A stretch of DNA of 63,974 nucleotides, the filler included, from Olpidium bornovanus S191 (lineage: Eukaryota; Fungi; Olpidiomycota): NCBI GenBank assembly GCA_017911155.1. It is 27 parts of 27 records of this genome, joined end to end, with 100 filler letters (N's around TTAATTAATTAA, not from the genome) between each part and the next. Parts side by side here need not be neighbours in the genome. Positions count along the whole stretch, not along the records: positions 22,141 to 23,369 come from JAEFCI010008192.1; positions 23,470 to 25,763 come from JAEFCI010007091.1; positions 25,864 to 27,272 come from JAEFCI010004256.1; positions 27,373 to 28,898 come from JAEFCI010002540.1; positions 28,999 to 32,920 come from JAEFCI010005576.1; positions 33,021 to 35,379 come from JAEFCI010002230.1; 21 more parts are not named here. One strand, 5' to 3'. Shown here in pieces: positions 22,141 through 34,162 of this stretch (its first letter is position 1; each line of letters starts with the position of its first letter). The notes under the pieces are model-generated. The model made no database searches and was not told the origin of the DNA. It saw only the letters and a program-made list of their open reading frames with translations. The position numbers and the translations under genes are program-made.

Positions 22141-23369
22141 CATGCTGAAACTCTGTCAGCTTTCCCCCCGTTTCTCCAGTATTCTGCCGGACATTTACGT
22201 TGCTCGCCTCCACAAGCGTACCTGGTCAGGTGTGTCACCAGCCAGAAAATCCTTGCCGTCGCCGACGTAAAGCTTTTTGACATATTTCGAATTGATCCAC
22301 GCCTGCTTCGTGTTTCTGTTTCCGCGATCATCCCGGAAATCGAGGATCAGGTTACGACCAGTATTTCCGAGTTTCGCGCGCATACCGGGCCGTCCCGCAC
22401 CTGTTGGAGCCCGGCGTCAGCCGTTTCGTCTTCGTCTCGCCGTCGGATAGCGTGGCCTCGAAGATCTTGTTGACCATTACGTTCCCGAGTCTCAGCATTA
22501 CCTGACGAACGAAAAGCGGCCGACTTAACAAAAGCGTCGCACCGGATCTGCGCGAAAAGCCGCCTTCCTGACAGCAAAAAAAAAAAATACCTCGACGCTG
22601 TCGGCCTCCCACTTGTCCAGGGTCAGGCTCCTGACCTTGGAGTAGTGCACTCCCAGCGAGCGGTGGATGCCGGAGCACTCGATGCAGAGGGCCACGCCGA
22701 GGTTGATGGTGGCCCAGACCGCGTCCTTCGCGGAGCACTCCGCGCACACGTCGTTTCCGGGCAGGGAACGGACTTTGAGCAGCTGCGCCGGGTCCGCCTC
22801 GTTTTTCTTCACCGTGTTCACGAGGCGGGTCTCCTCGCCGACGACCCCGTCCCCGCCGCCGCCGGCTGCACCTTCCCGTGCCAAAAAGTTTTCCGGAAGG
22901 CCCTTCGTCGTCGTGCCGGGAGGCCCGTTTAGGGCCGCGTGGATGGCGTTCTGCAGGCATTGGATCCAGTGGAACGTCTCCTCGTCGCTCTCGGCCTGGA
23001 GGAGGAATGTCCTGATCACCCCCGAAACGAGGTCACAACCGCGAGGTGACAAAGTCAACAAGGTGGTGACTTGACTGCACACCTGGCCGCAGGCACAGCG
23101 CCGCCGTCGCAACCTACCAACCTCATTGGAGAAATGACCTCGAAGCAGAATCGCCTATCGAGGTTTTCTGCCGGCTTGACGGTACACACCCGAAGATTTA
23201 TAGCGACCGTCGGCTCTTCGTCCTATCCGGACGACGCACAAGCAGGTGTCAGAAACGGCGCACCATCAATCGAGGAGAACGGAACACAGCTCATACCTTC
23301 CCTCGCGTGGAGTACACCAGCAGCTCCCCCTCAATGGAGAAAAACCGTTTGCTCCACGGCTGCACCATG
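22141..23369 (-). CDS. PH + ArfGAP domain protein (ACAP/centaurin-beta/Age1-like), internal fragment
   Basis: PH: WSKRFFSIEGELLVY|..AINLRVCTVK..DRRFCFEVISP|RTFLLQAES..WIQCLQNAI. ArfGAP zinc finger: GNDVCAEC..WATINLGVALCIECSGIHRSLGVHYSKVRSLTLD; LGN..NKIFE; AWINSKYV. Confidence 0.93.
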
Positions 23370-23586
23370 NNNNNNNNNNNNNNNNNNNNNNNNNNNNNNN
23401 NNNNNNNNNNNNNTTAATTAATTAANNNNNNNNNNNNNNNNNNNNNNNNNNNNNNNNNNNNNNNNNNNNAAATCGTGATTGCGCTGATCGACCGGCTTGC
23501 AGCCTACGCTGCGCGGGAGGCCGAGTGCGAGGACTCAGACCAAGGGCAGGCGGAGGCGGACAAGCTCCGCAACGGGGTCTCGGACA

Positions 23587-25199
23587 TGAACTACGAGATC
23601 TACCGGTCTGCAGCGCCGGCTGCCAGGAACGGCCCGGGCCAGGTAGAGAAACAAAAAATAAAAAAAATAAAAAACGGAATCTCGCTTGTTCCGACGTTCA
23701 GGCGAAAAGACGCCGTTGACGCTCTGCGGCCGGGGAAAAAAAAAAAAAAGCACACGACCGCGATCAACCACAATTACAACCACTGGGCTACCACCAGCCG
23801 ACTCGCGCAAGGATACTACGACCGGCCGCAGTACACCAGGCCCCGAGGAAGCGGCGGGCTCCCGGCCGCCGGTCCTATTGCCGGCGCCGCCGCGGCCAGG
23901 TACTGCCCAAGCGGGGTGTACACCTCCAAGACGTACGGCCCCACCACCGCCGCCGTGGAATCGTACGCACCGTCGAGGTCGCACACGAGCAGCAGCGGCG
24001 GCGGAAGCGGCAGCGCCATGGCCGGGGTCCGATCCGGCCCGCCGTACGCCCCGGAGAGGTACGCATCGCCCTACACCGCGGCTGCGGCGTACGATCGTCC
24101 CGCCGGAGGCGCCCCGGCCTGGACCTCCGTCGCCGGCGGCCGCAACTTCGACGCCCGCCCCGCCACCGCGCCCGACAAGTGGCCGGCGCACGACCTTTTC
24201 CGGCCGACGATCGGCGGCGGCGGCGGCGGCGGCGGCCGCCCCCGCGGGATTTCGGGGACCGGAGCCTCCTCGGGCTACCTGCAGGGGCGGATCGGCCCGG
24301 CGGACATCGTCCCCGGCGCGTTCGGGCTCACCGCGGACCGGGCGACCGCGGAGACCGCCGACGTCTACGCGAGCGAGTTGCGCCCGGCCGTCGTGTACGA
24401 GAAGCGGATCCGCAGGGAGACCGAGGCGATCCACGTACCTGGCGGCGGGCGACGCGGTTCACTTTATTTTGTTCTTTTTTTTTTTTCGGTTTTCTCCCTC
24501 GCCCCGCAACGGTGCGGGGCCCCTTGCCTTTTGGGCCGGGCGTTTAACCCGAGCCCCGGCTTTCTTTGCTCGCCGCCGCCGCCAGGACGTGGTCGACAGG
24601 AACCGGTACACGACCGAGATCCGTCAGGTCATCCAGCCGGTCAAGCACACGGTGGACCTCCCCGAGAAAGAGGAATACAAACACCTCGCGGTAGTAAGCC
24701 GCAGCGCCGCCTTCAACTCGGCTCCAAACCAGATCGAACGCTACGAGCGCCAGCGCAACCTCTACCCCTCCGGCTCGCTCATTTCCGAGGGCGAGACCAC
24801 CGAGAAGAAAACGGTCTACAAAGAGCCGATCATCAGGGAGCGCATCCGCGCGAGGGTGAGTGCGACGGTTGCCCCAAAACCGGCTGTCGGCCCTCTTTTT
24901 GCTGTCGGCGTTCGCCCCCGCGATCCTGGGGAGACCCCGTCCCGCACGCTCGGGCCCATCTCGCGCAACCGGCCGAACTCCGGCCCTATTCGGTTTTCGT
25001 CCGGCTCCGGTTCAAAAAAAAAAAACAAATTAGATTATTGAGGAAATCCAGCCGCTGGTCTACCGCGAGGTCGTCCAGCCGGTCCGCGTGGAATCCAAGC
25101 AGCCCATTTACGAGACGGTGATCCACGGCGCTACCGTCCGCGACATTTCCAAGGCGGAGCCCATCTCTTTCGAAGAGGTGAGAGAGAAAGAAGGGGAGG

Positions 25200-25200
<1 letters not shown>
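23587..25200 (+). CDS. Uncharacterised fungal hydrophilic protein with QPV-type motifs (resembles a family often labelled allergen)
   Basis: Spliced segments VVYEKRIRRETEAIH|DVVDRNRYTTEIRQVIQPVKHTVDLPE...EPIIRERIRAR|IIEEIQPLVYREVVQPVRVESKQPIYETVIH..EPISFEE, preceded by a G/A/P/Y-rich disordered N-terminus. Confidence 0.6.
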
Positions 25201-25237
<37 letters not shown>

Positions 25238-26068
25238 GCGCACACGCATACCTGCCCGGGTTTTGCGGTTTACCACCACCGCCAGGCAGGAGCTCCAACC
25301 CCCCGCCGAAACCGACGCCCGTTTTTTTTTCTTTTCCTTTTCGCGAAAACACTTTCCGGTAAAGTTCGAGAGACGCGGGTACAGCCTCGAAGGCCGCGCG
25401 AGACAGGAGAAAATCAACGGCATAGCCCCGCGGAACTGAAAGGGGGTCGGCTTCGCAAACTCCCGCGCAAGTCCGGAGAAACGGAAAGCCTGCTCCCCGG
25501 CGGGGAGGTCCCTTCGTCAATTTATTTATTTATTTATCTGTTTGCGTTTGGACGCGCTACCCGCGCCGCCGTCGGGGAAACGCTCCGCCGGGTCCGACCG
25601 GAGCACCGGCGCCGGTGAACGGGCGGCGCCTAGGAAGGCGCCCCGCATCGCAGCCCGTTTCTTTTTTTCTTTTTTTTTTTTTTTTTTTTTTTTTTTTCCC
25701 CCCCCCCCCCCCTTTCCCCCCCCCCCCCCGCCCCCGGGGGGGGGGGGGGGGGGGCGCGCGGCCNNNNNNNNNNNNNNNNNNNNNNNNNNNNNNNNNNNNN
25801 NNNNNNNTTAATTAATTAANNNNNNNNNNNNNNNNNNNNNNNNNNNNNNNNNNNNNNNNNNNNCTTCCTTCCTCCTCTCCTTCCTTCCTTCCTGCCGGCA
25901 TTGCCGGCATTGCGTGCGGCAGGCACACCGCCGGACCACCGGGAGGAAGGAAGGGAGGGATGGGAGGCGGAAGGGAATCAGCGGGGGTGTGTGGCGCCCT
26001 TCCTTCCTTTGGCGGGGGGGGGTTTTTTTTTTTTTTTTTGTTTTTGGGGGGGGGGGGGGGGGGGGCTA

Positions 26069-26099
<31 letters not shown>

Positions 26100-26280
26100 G
26101 TGAATGAGGTGGGGAGCGGAGGGAGAAAAGGGACGGCGTGAACGGAAAGTTGGCGCCACAAAGGGAAATTTCTCGGGCCTAAACTTTTTTTTTTAAACGC
26201 CCAGAATTAATGCACAAAAACACGCAAGGTTGGAGCCCCGGTTGCATCAGCGAGACCGGGGGGGGGTTCATTCGGCCAAA

Positions 26281-26307
26281 AAAAAAAAAAAAAGAAAAAC
26301 AAAAAAA
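26281..26307 (-). terminator. Pol III oligo(T) terminator after tRNA-Gly
   Basis: T7 and a longer T run directly 3' of the tRNA on the minus strand. Confidence 0.75.
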
Positions 26308-26378
26308 TGCGTCGTCCGAGACTCGAACTCGGTCCCATTGCTTGGAAGGCAACGATGATACCCATTCACCAACGACGC
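26308..26378 (-). tRNA. tRNA-Gly: tRNA-Gly (anticodon TCC), 71 nt
   Basis: GCGTCGTTGGTGAATGGGTATCATCGTTGCCTTCCAAGCAATGGGACCGAGTTCGAGTCTCGGACGACGCA: acceptor GCGTCGT/ACGACGC, anticodon loop CT-TCC-AA, T-loop TTCGAGT. Confidence 0.95.
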
Positions 26379-27160
26379 CGGATAGGCAGATGCGGAAGAC
26401 GCAAAGAGCTGGTGCACAAGAGAGCGAAGTCAGCAAACTCGAACTGCCTACTGGATCACCTGCCGCCTGCGCCTGCTGTTCCCCCCCCCCCCCCGTCTTG
26501 CCCCCTCTTGCGCCCCGCTGGCCCCAAGGCCTGGCACTCGTAGGACACAAAAAAAAAACAGATCGTGCCGCAACTCGGCCGCAGATGATCAACGCACTTG
26601 CGGCTTGGAATTCGCGTGGATTCTATTTCTTTTTTTGTAAGGCGCAAACATGCCGAAGAGGTAGGCCCCCCCTCCGGGCCCCTTCCCCCCCACCCCCTTC
26701 GGTACCACCGCTCAGTCGTCCGTTCCGAACAACTCTGAGCTGCAAGCCTTTTCAGGAACTTCAATTGGTGCCGGCCAGTCAATAAAACCTGTTGATACTG
26801 CACCACAATTCAGTTCCCCAAATTTCACTCTGATTGACCCGTCCGGCTTCAGAAACTAACGAGAAGCGCTTGATCCGCAACAAAACGGAGAATCCGAAGA
26901 CAAGCGTCCTTGCCCTCTCACCATCTACGTTTCCCATCCCCGCTGGGGTTCCCCCATCATTCTGCGCGCCCCTGTTGACTCACCTCGCAGTCGACGTGGC
27001 CCTTCCCCACGCCGCTCCCTTCCAACCTCCCAGTCGCTGCTCACCCGTGGCTCCCCGCAGACTTTGCTTCGCTTCCTGCGCAGCCCTCGCCCTTTCACCT
27101 TCGCTGTCACGGAGGCTCAGCCGGTGTAATCCCTTGTTCACATCCACTACATGCGCATCT

Positions 27161-27272
27161 GTGCGTGTGTGTGCGTGTGTGTGCGTGTGTGTGCGTGTGT
27201 GTGCGTGTGTGTGCGTGTGTGTGCGTGTGTGTGCGTGTGTGTGCGTGTGTGTGCGTGTGCGTGCGTGTGTGC
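27161..27272. repeat. (GTGCGTGTGT)n / GT-type microsatellite at the contig end
   Basis: 10-bp unit repeated about 11 times. Confidence 0.95.
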
Positions 27273-27430
27273 NNNNNNNNNNNNNNNNNNNNNNNNNNNN
27301 NNNNNNNNNNNNNNNNTTAATTAATTAANNNNNNNNNNNNNNNNNNNNNNNNNNNNNNNNNNNNNNNNNNNNCATGGGTGGCGACACGATCGCAATGTGA
27401 GAGGAACAGCATCGGGAACAGGCGAGAATT

Positions 27431-28898
27431 TCACGGAAGCTTGAGCAGATTATCCGTAATCGCGCCTTTGCGAGGGCTCGGCGGCCCTCCCCGCGTGCCC
27501 GCGGAGGGCGTCTCTGGCGCACGTGAAGAGGCCGGCGTAGCCGCGGGTGTCAAGGAACTTGACCTGTACGGGGTGTAGGAACCTGGGAGGTGCACAGTCG
27601 CACATGGCGGCGAAAGTTCGTCAGGAACAAAACCTCGGCTCTGAATAAAACGGACGCGCACCCGCAACGATGTGGGAAGCACCAAATCTCCTCCAGTCCC
27701 ATGGGGGCTACGGTACCTGTACCGGAGTAACTCGCTCGCAGCTGCGAATCTGTTCCGCCAATCAACGGTGTTCGCGCGGCGCTTCTGCTCAACAGCTGTC
27801 CGGCCGCCGGCGAGAGCAGACTTGCACGGCGACCGATCGTCGTCGCTTTCCTGTTCAAAATACGCGCGCGTACATACGTCAGTCAAAAGCAATGCAAAAA
27901 ACGTGATAACAAAACAAGAATACCAATAATAAAAATTTAGGCGCTCACAGCCTTCGTGGTTCCGACACGAAGTGGCAGAGGCGCTGAGAAGTGATCGAGG
28001 GATTCTGGCGTGAAGAACTGTAACCTACTTGAACAGCGGCGTCGGCGTTCGCGGCCCGAGGACGTTCTGGAGTCTTTTCGACGCGCTTCTTCGAGCCCGT
28101 TCCGACAGCTTTCGGCCCACCTCGTCCCGCCGCGAAGGCGCCGGGAACTTGAACTTCCTGCCTGGTTCGACGTGGAAGAAACGGGAGTCGCATATTTCGC
28201 GTCGGACCAAAAGCCAAGTCGCAATCTCGAGTCTCGACGGAAGAAAAGAACCGGAGGCCAACGCTCCCACAAACCTGGCGTCGATTCCCCGGACACGGAC
28301 ACGGGCGAGCCCTCGATCTCGCCCCACGTCATGAGCTCCTCGGTTGGTATCTGGTCCGGGTCGTGCGAAGGCGTCGCCGGCACGTACTTAAATCCACGCT
28401 CGTGAGGTGTGGATTCTGAGGGGAGGAGAAAACAGAATACAACTCTAAGCATCCTTTTGGGCATTGCAGGCATATGACCGACGTTATCGGCGGGGAAAAA
28501 CGCACCGGTGTACGTGCTCCCGCTGTCGCACGCCGAACCTTCGAGGCTCGGCACGAACAACGACGGAGATCGCTCAGACGTAATCTGATATCGACGAGCG
28601 GACGGCACGTCCCGTCAGCAAGCCCGACCCCGACAACAAAGGGTGCCTCAGGGGAACTGCGGTAAAGTCGAATACCTCGTTCGATTCGGTCACCATCTGC
28701 GTGTTCTCGTGAGCAATCTGCTTCGGAGGTGCGCGTATGTCCATGCGTTCGTCCGCGGGGAGTCCCTCAGGCGCATACATGAGCGCGTTTTTTGGCTGCA
28801 AGTACGTTCGAGATGCGAAATATGAAGTTTGCAGCTGGTCGACGCGGACCGTCCCATCGACCAGGCAAAGTCAAAAACCAAACCCACGGTGTATCTCC
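27431..28898 (-). CDS. ESS2: Splicing factor ESS2/DGCR14 (Es2), 3' part
   Basis: PKNALMYAPEG..PKQIAHENT; GFKYVPATPS..LMTWGEIEGSP; FKFPAPSRRDEVGRKL; LLSPAAGQLL..DSQLRASYS; AITDNLLKLP*. 28778-28898 is identical to 15483-15603. Confidence 0.9.
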
Positions 28899-29019
28899 NN
28901 NNNNNNNNNNNNNNNNNNNNNNNNNNNNNNNNNNNNNNNNNNTTAATTAATTAANNNNNNNNNNNNNNNNNNNNNNNNNNNNNNNNNNNNNNNNNNNNCA
29001 TGGAAGATTCATACATCTG

Positions 29020-30038
29020 CATACCCGGGTTTTGCCCTGCTCGACAATAGCACTCAGCATCGATATCAGCGGGGTGAGCCCAACACCGCCGCCCAAGAGG
29101 ACAACTGGGGTTTCGGCGTCGAGGTCTGGGTTGCAAGCTAAAGATCGGACTCAGTAAATGAAACGTGCCGCTTTCTCGAAAACGTTCCGGACAAGATACA
29201 AACGGTCCAAAACAGAACACCGCCGTTGATTTACCCAGCGTGAAGTCGCCGTAGGGGTGGGTGACTTCTAATTCCGAGCCCTCGCTTGAACCCTCGTGGA
29301 GCAGGTTCGAGACGCGGCCGGCGTGGCGGGCGTCGACGGCGAACTCGCGTTTGACGGAAATGCGGAACATCTTGTCGTTGGGGGCGTCGCTGAGGGAGTA
29401 CTCCCGCGGCCGGTACAAGCGCAACTCGGGAACGAAGACCCGCACGCTGACGTGCTGGCCCGGCTTGAACTTGGGGAGGGCGCGCCCGTCCTGGGGGGTG
29501 AGGTAGAACGACACGATCTCGTCGCTCTCGCGGACCTTGCGGTCGACGCGGAACTTACGCCAGCCGTTTCATCCGCCGGGGGCCGCGGCGGCCTCCTTGT
29601 ACAGGTCGGCCTCGGCGCGGATGAAGATGTCCGCCAGGCGCGCGTACGCCGCGGCCCAGGCGTCCAGGAGCTGCGGGGTGGCGGCGTCGCCGAGCACGTC
29701 CTTCACGGCCCAGAGGAGGTTCTCCCCGACGACCGGGTACTGCTCGGGGACGATGCCGAAGCGACGCGTGCTTGTGGGCGATGCGGGTGACCGCCGGCCC
29801 GAGCGCCCCGAGGTTGTCGATGTTTGCGGCGTACGCGTGGACGGCGGCGGCGAGCGCGGCCTGCTGCGTGCCCGTGGCCCTGGTGCCCCGGAGTTGAACA
29901 CGCTCCGGAGATCCGGGTGCAGCTTGAACAGCCGCTCGTAGAAGCGCGTGGTGATCTCGACGCCGCGCTCCGCCAGCGCCGGCGCGCTTCCCTTGACGAG
30001 GGCGATCACCTCGGAGAGCGCGGCGGGAGCGGCGGCAT
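29020..30038 (-). pseudogene. YHB1: Flavohemoglobin (globin + FAD/NAD reductase), disrupted as assembled
   Basis: VKGSAPALAERGVEITTRFY..TQQAALAAAVHAYAANIDNL..RIAHKHAS..VPEQYPVVGENLL..AWAAAY..IFI; GWRKFRV..ESDEIVSFYL..FKPGQHVS..REYSLSD..RISVKRE..GRVSNLLH; PVVLLGGGVGLTP. One intron near 29235. Out-of-frame ATG, two internal frameshifts, and TGA at 29569-29571 in place of the GGW tryptophan. Confidence 0.88.
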
Positions 30039-30439
30039 TTCAGGGTTGCGAAGAAGAGGAGGGCGCCCGGGGCGCAGACGAAGAAGACGAAGAAGAAAAA
30101 GCGCCGGCCTGGGCACACATGGCTGCGAGCGGGTGGCGAAGGCGCTGGACGCGGGGGCCTGGTGGAATATAAAAAGGGTGGGGCGGGTCGGAAGAGGGAG
30201 GGCGCGCCGCGGATGACCCGGCGGAGGAAGTCGGGAGGGACGCGTTCCGACCCGAAAAAAAAAAAGGGGGGGGAGGGGGGAGGCTTGCGAGTCGGAAAAC
30301 TGCGGATCGGCCATTTTTTTTTTGTTTTTGTTTTAATCTTCCCCGGCGGGGACGGAAAAAATCCGATGTTTTCCGGCGCCAACAACACACCCCGGCAAAA
30401 ATAATAAACAAACAAATAAAAAGATTGCTCGATAAGTCG

Positions 30440-30760
30440 AGTAGAGTTGCTCCCGCACTGCAATCGGTGCGACTCAGCAACTTCCCGAATGTAGCTACGC
30501 TGACTCAGCACCTCCCTAATGTAGCTACGCTGCCCTAAGTGTGTTCCGGAGGCGGATCTTGAAATTTCGACGCCCAAGATGTCTCGAAGCACCCCGCCGT
30601 CGGTCAGAGGTAACCTGCCGTTCATGAGCAAACGAGAAAAATCGAGTGTCATCGTTTGGACCAAGAAGAACGAAATCATCAACCCAGACGGCAAGTAGAC
30701 AGGTGACCGAATCGAACGGAAGCATACGGAAGCAAATCAAAATCTCAATTCATCACGCTC
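30440..30760 (-). mobile_element. Degenerate Ty1/copia RT core fragment
   Basis: LLAVWVDDF (YVDD motif), then LRDILGVEISRS..GTHLGQRSYIREV, with the SQRSYIREV segment duplicated; frameshifted. Confidence 0.8.
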
Positions 30761-32039
30761 GACGGCGAAGTCATCAAAAGCAAGCTCATCACGCCCAGCG
30801 GCGAATTCGGTCTGCACCCCCTCTTCGTGCCGGGGAGCAAGAGGCGCCGCGAGGGCCCGCGGACGGAAGTTGTGAAGGCGGGGGTCCCCCGGCAACGGCG
30901 ACGACGCCGCGGAGTCGGTGTTCACGGCCAGAATCGAGGTTCCAGCAGCGGGCGGACTGTGTTTGCGACCGCAGGGCGCCTTTCCGGGAAAATAGACCCG
31001 GTTGAGATTGTCAGACTCCCCTCGATCTGTGTGAGAAAAAATCGGACGGTTCAAGGGGGATTTAAGGTAAGCAGTGACAAAGTCAAGTGAACGCGTAAAC
31101 TGTAGCGATTTTGCCCTTTGTATAGTTGGTATTTGCGTGCGCGAGGAAGAGGAGGGGGGGGGGGGGGGGGGGCCGCGTTTTTTTTTTTTTTTGGTTTTTT
31201 TTTGGGGGGGGGGGGAGAGGGGGGGGGGGGGGGGGGAGGTGGCCAGCTTTGTTTACGTTTGATGGCCCCCCTGAGGGCATCCCTGCGGGACTTTTATGGC
31301 AGTTCACGAGGAACGTCTAAATTGTATGAGCTATTATGGATAATTTGACGTCGGACCCCGGCGGCCCGCCCTGCGCGCGCCCTGCCCGGCCGGCTGCGGG
31401 CACGACGGCCAAGACGTTCTGGACAAAAGACGCGCCAGGCAGCTCAGCCCAAGGCCAGAAGAAGTTTTCAGGGGGGGGTTTTTTTTTTTCCCTTTCTGCT
31501 GCCAGGTGGCCTGGCCGTCCACTGTTCGCAGTAGCTCCTCTCGTCACACCGGGCAGGGCGTACCCTGTTCACCCGGGGGGCCTACCTGTTCCCCAGGATG
31601 CCCCGGGTGCAGGATGCCCCGGGTGCAGGTGCGCGCGGGCCCCGGGTCGGCCGGCGCCGCCGCGTGGTTGGTGAAATTCTTCGCACATCTCAATCACCAT
31701 CAGCCAGCCTTTCTTAGTGGTTCCTCTCGAAACTGCGTTAGTCCAGTGGACGCACGCCCATGTGTTCCGAGTTTCCCGGTAAAGGGGTCCGCGTTACCAC
31801 CTAAAATAAGCCGGAACGCTCGTGAAACACGTTCACGGAGTCACGACCGAATACGACTACAACTCGTCTTTGATCGCTCGGCTCGACTTCTGAACATACC
31901 TGTCTTTTTCCCAGTTGGCTCCCCGCTCCCCGCCAAGGAATTTGCTCCCTCCAAAGAGCATGCTCAGCTGGTCGACTACCAGAGCGACACTGATGGAGGG
32001 GATTCGGAACACTGAAACTCGTTTTCGGAGGTCGGGTCT

Positions 32040-32720
32040 CACCTGGTAAGGCGTGGATCCGCAGGCTTTGTTGTGCTCACTTCTGCGGTGAACGGCGAAA
32101 TATCTGATACAAAGGCTGTCTCCAGCCACCAGCCCCATTGTCGGAAACCAGACCGGGCCGCTCTCCCTCGGTAAAGGGCTCCAAGCATCATCAATGCCAT
32201 CTTCTCCGCGAAACGGCATAGAAGGATGAATTAATTTACAATTATAACCACCGCCCTTAGCGGCCGGCGTCCAATTCATGAAGGATAACGAAAAATTCGG
32301 TGCAGGACCTTTCTTTGCCTACGCTATCCGCAACGGAGCTTTAGTGTCAAAGGGTTACCTCGCCAAATTTTATAGGAAAGTCCTCGAGCGCCTGGCTAGT
32401 GAGGAACAGTACCAGAGGACGGCCGGCAACCTTCTGGGCAATAAGGTTAGGACTTCGGTCTAGCATCCGGTGATGATCACAGGCATTACGGGTGAATTCC
32501 ATCTGGGGTTACCCTGTTCCGTGTTTCACACTGGATACGGAATGGGGTTAAAAGCCTTGAGACACACAAATGCGAGGCTCTTTGTGGAGATTCTCGTGTT
32601 GTCAGCCGCCCTACGGATTTCAGGTTGCTTCGGCAGGACATAGCGCGTCCGCGGAGTTGTCCCGGGTGTGGACCAACTCCAAATGGACTCGTTGCTGCCC
32701 AAAATGCCTTAATTGTCTTT
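32040..32720 (+). mobile_element. Possible decayed tyrosine-recombinase (DIRS-like) relic
   Basis: Ordered fragments LLR..GEI, PPPLAAGVQFM..GPFF..NG.LVS, GHS..VRG across stops and frameshifts; weak. Confidence 0.3.
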
Positions 32721-33029
32721 TGCAAACCCGGACTCACCGTCATCCGAATACTCACAGGTTACGGGCCCAAACAAACAGGACCCACATCTTTGACACGCGA
32801 CCATTTCGATCAGACCTCCCTTCCAGACGACGGTCGAGCGCCGGAGTCGTGGAAACGTCGTTCCTGCCAAGATGTTATCGGGTTGCAGTAGTTTGTTTTT
32901 TTTTTTTTTTCCCACACGGGNNNNNNNNNNNNNNNNNNNNNNNNNNNNNNNNNNNNNNNNNNNNTTAATTAATTAANNNNNNNNNNNNNNNNNNNNNNNN
33001 NNNNNNNNNNNNNNNNNNNNCATGAAACG

Positions 33030-33575
33030 TTGACGCCGATCAGATGCATATCTGAAGCAAAAAAATACGACGCTGGTTGTTACACAGAATTTGACTATGA
33101 GACAGACTCCGAATAAATTTTCGTGCGGAATCTGACGGAGATTCCAATGTAGAATGCAACGCAGGTTCTGGCGCACACTCAAACGCAGAATTCGAAGCAG
33201 AATTTGATATACATTTTGAATCAAAATCTAGCATACAATTTGATTGGATTCCAATGGAAAATCAGACACAGGCCAGGATGCACAGTTTGAAGTCAATCTG
33301 ACGCAAAATCCAAACCAGATTACGAGTCGGATTCAGACGCAGCGAAGAATCAGACACAAGTTTGGATGGTGAATCTGAGGCAGATTTTACCGCAAATTCC
33401 AAATCGGATTAGGATGAAAAATAGACAAAGAATACAACACAAAATTCGAAGCAACGTTCGACACAGATTCAGACGCAGAATCTGACCCAATTCAGATGCA
33501 CAATTGATTCAAAAAAACACAGTTAAACGCAGATTCAGACGCAGAATCCGAGGCAGATTCAAACGCAGATTCCTT
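33030..33575 (+). repeat. Degenerate hexamer-based repeat reading as an acidic D-S-D-A-E-S tract
   Basis: Recurrent GATTCA/GACGCA/GAATCT/GAGGCA units (e.g. GATTCAGACGCAGAATCCGAGGCAGATTCAAACGCAGATTCC), broken by stops and indels. Confidence 0.6.
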
Positions 33576-34162
33576 TGTTTTGTGTATTTTGTCCGAGTCA
33601 GACCGGTGAGGGCTTCAACTATAAATTACGAGCCAGCAAATGCCGAACTAGTACATGCGTAGGAATTCTACGTCAACCATACTGCGCCGGAGACGGAGAC
33701 ATTGGCGGATGAGGAGGGCTACGAAGAGGCCACGAAGTAAAACGTCAGTCGGGCGACGCCGGATTACGGCCTCGCATACGCAGTATAAAACAACTTCATT
33801 ATTGTGAGACTAATAGGGACAAGTACATAGCATTCCCGGCCCAACCACCCATGTTTTCAACTGCAAATTGACCGCTGGATGCCGCAGTCCTGCACTCTTC
33901 CGCATTGGTATTTTTTTTTTTTACCAGATTATCCCATACATTTACAGTAGTTATGAATGCGTTGGGGGGTAAAGACGAATTTTTTTTTATTTTTTTTTTT
34001 GGCGCTTTCCCCCCTCCGCTCCACACCCCGCCCGCCGCTCGCCCCGACCTGCTTCCCCGGTTCTTCGTCCTCGGAAACAACACGCCAGCACACAGAGGGC
34101 CGTTCCACTCCCGGCCGCGCTTCCCGGACCCCGCGCCGCGCAAAGCCTCCCCGTTTGTCTCG

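Noticed and set aside
26400-26470. Second tRNA next to tRNA-Gly (GTTCGAGT on the minus strand)
   Set aside because: B-box-like core only; no acceptor stem or anticodon arm could be built.
26700-26835. Possible snRNA (GCCTTTT and Sm-like stretches)
   Set aside because: Does not match the invariant U5 loop or the U1/U2/U4/U6 signatures.
29569-29571. TGA read as Trp (alternative genetic code)
   Set aside because: TGG is used two codons later, and TGA terminates the myosin tail (3507-3509), the peptide gene (19423-19425) and SIS1 (46261-46263).
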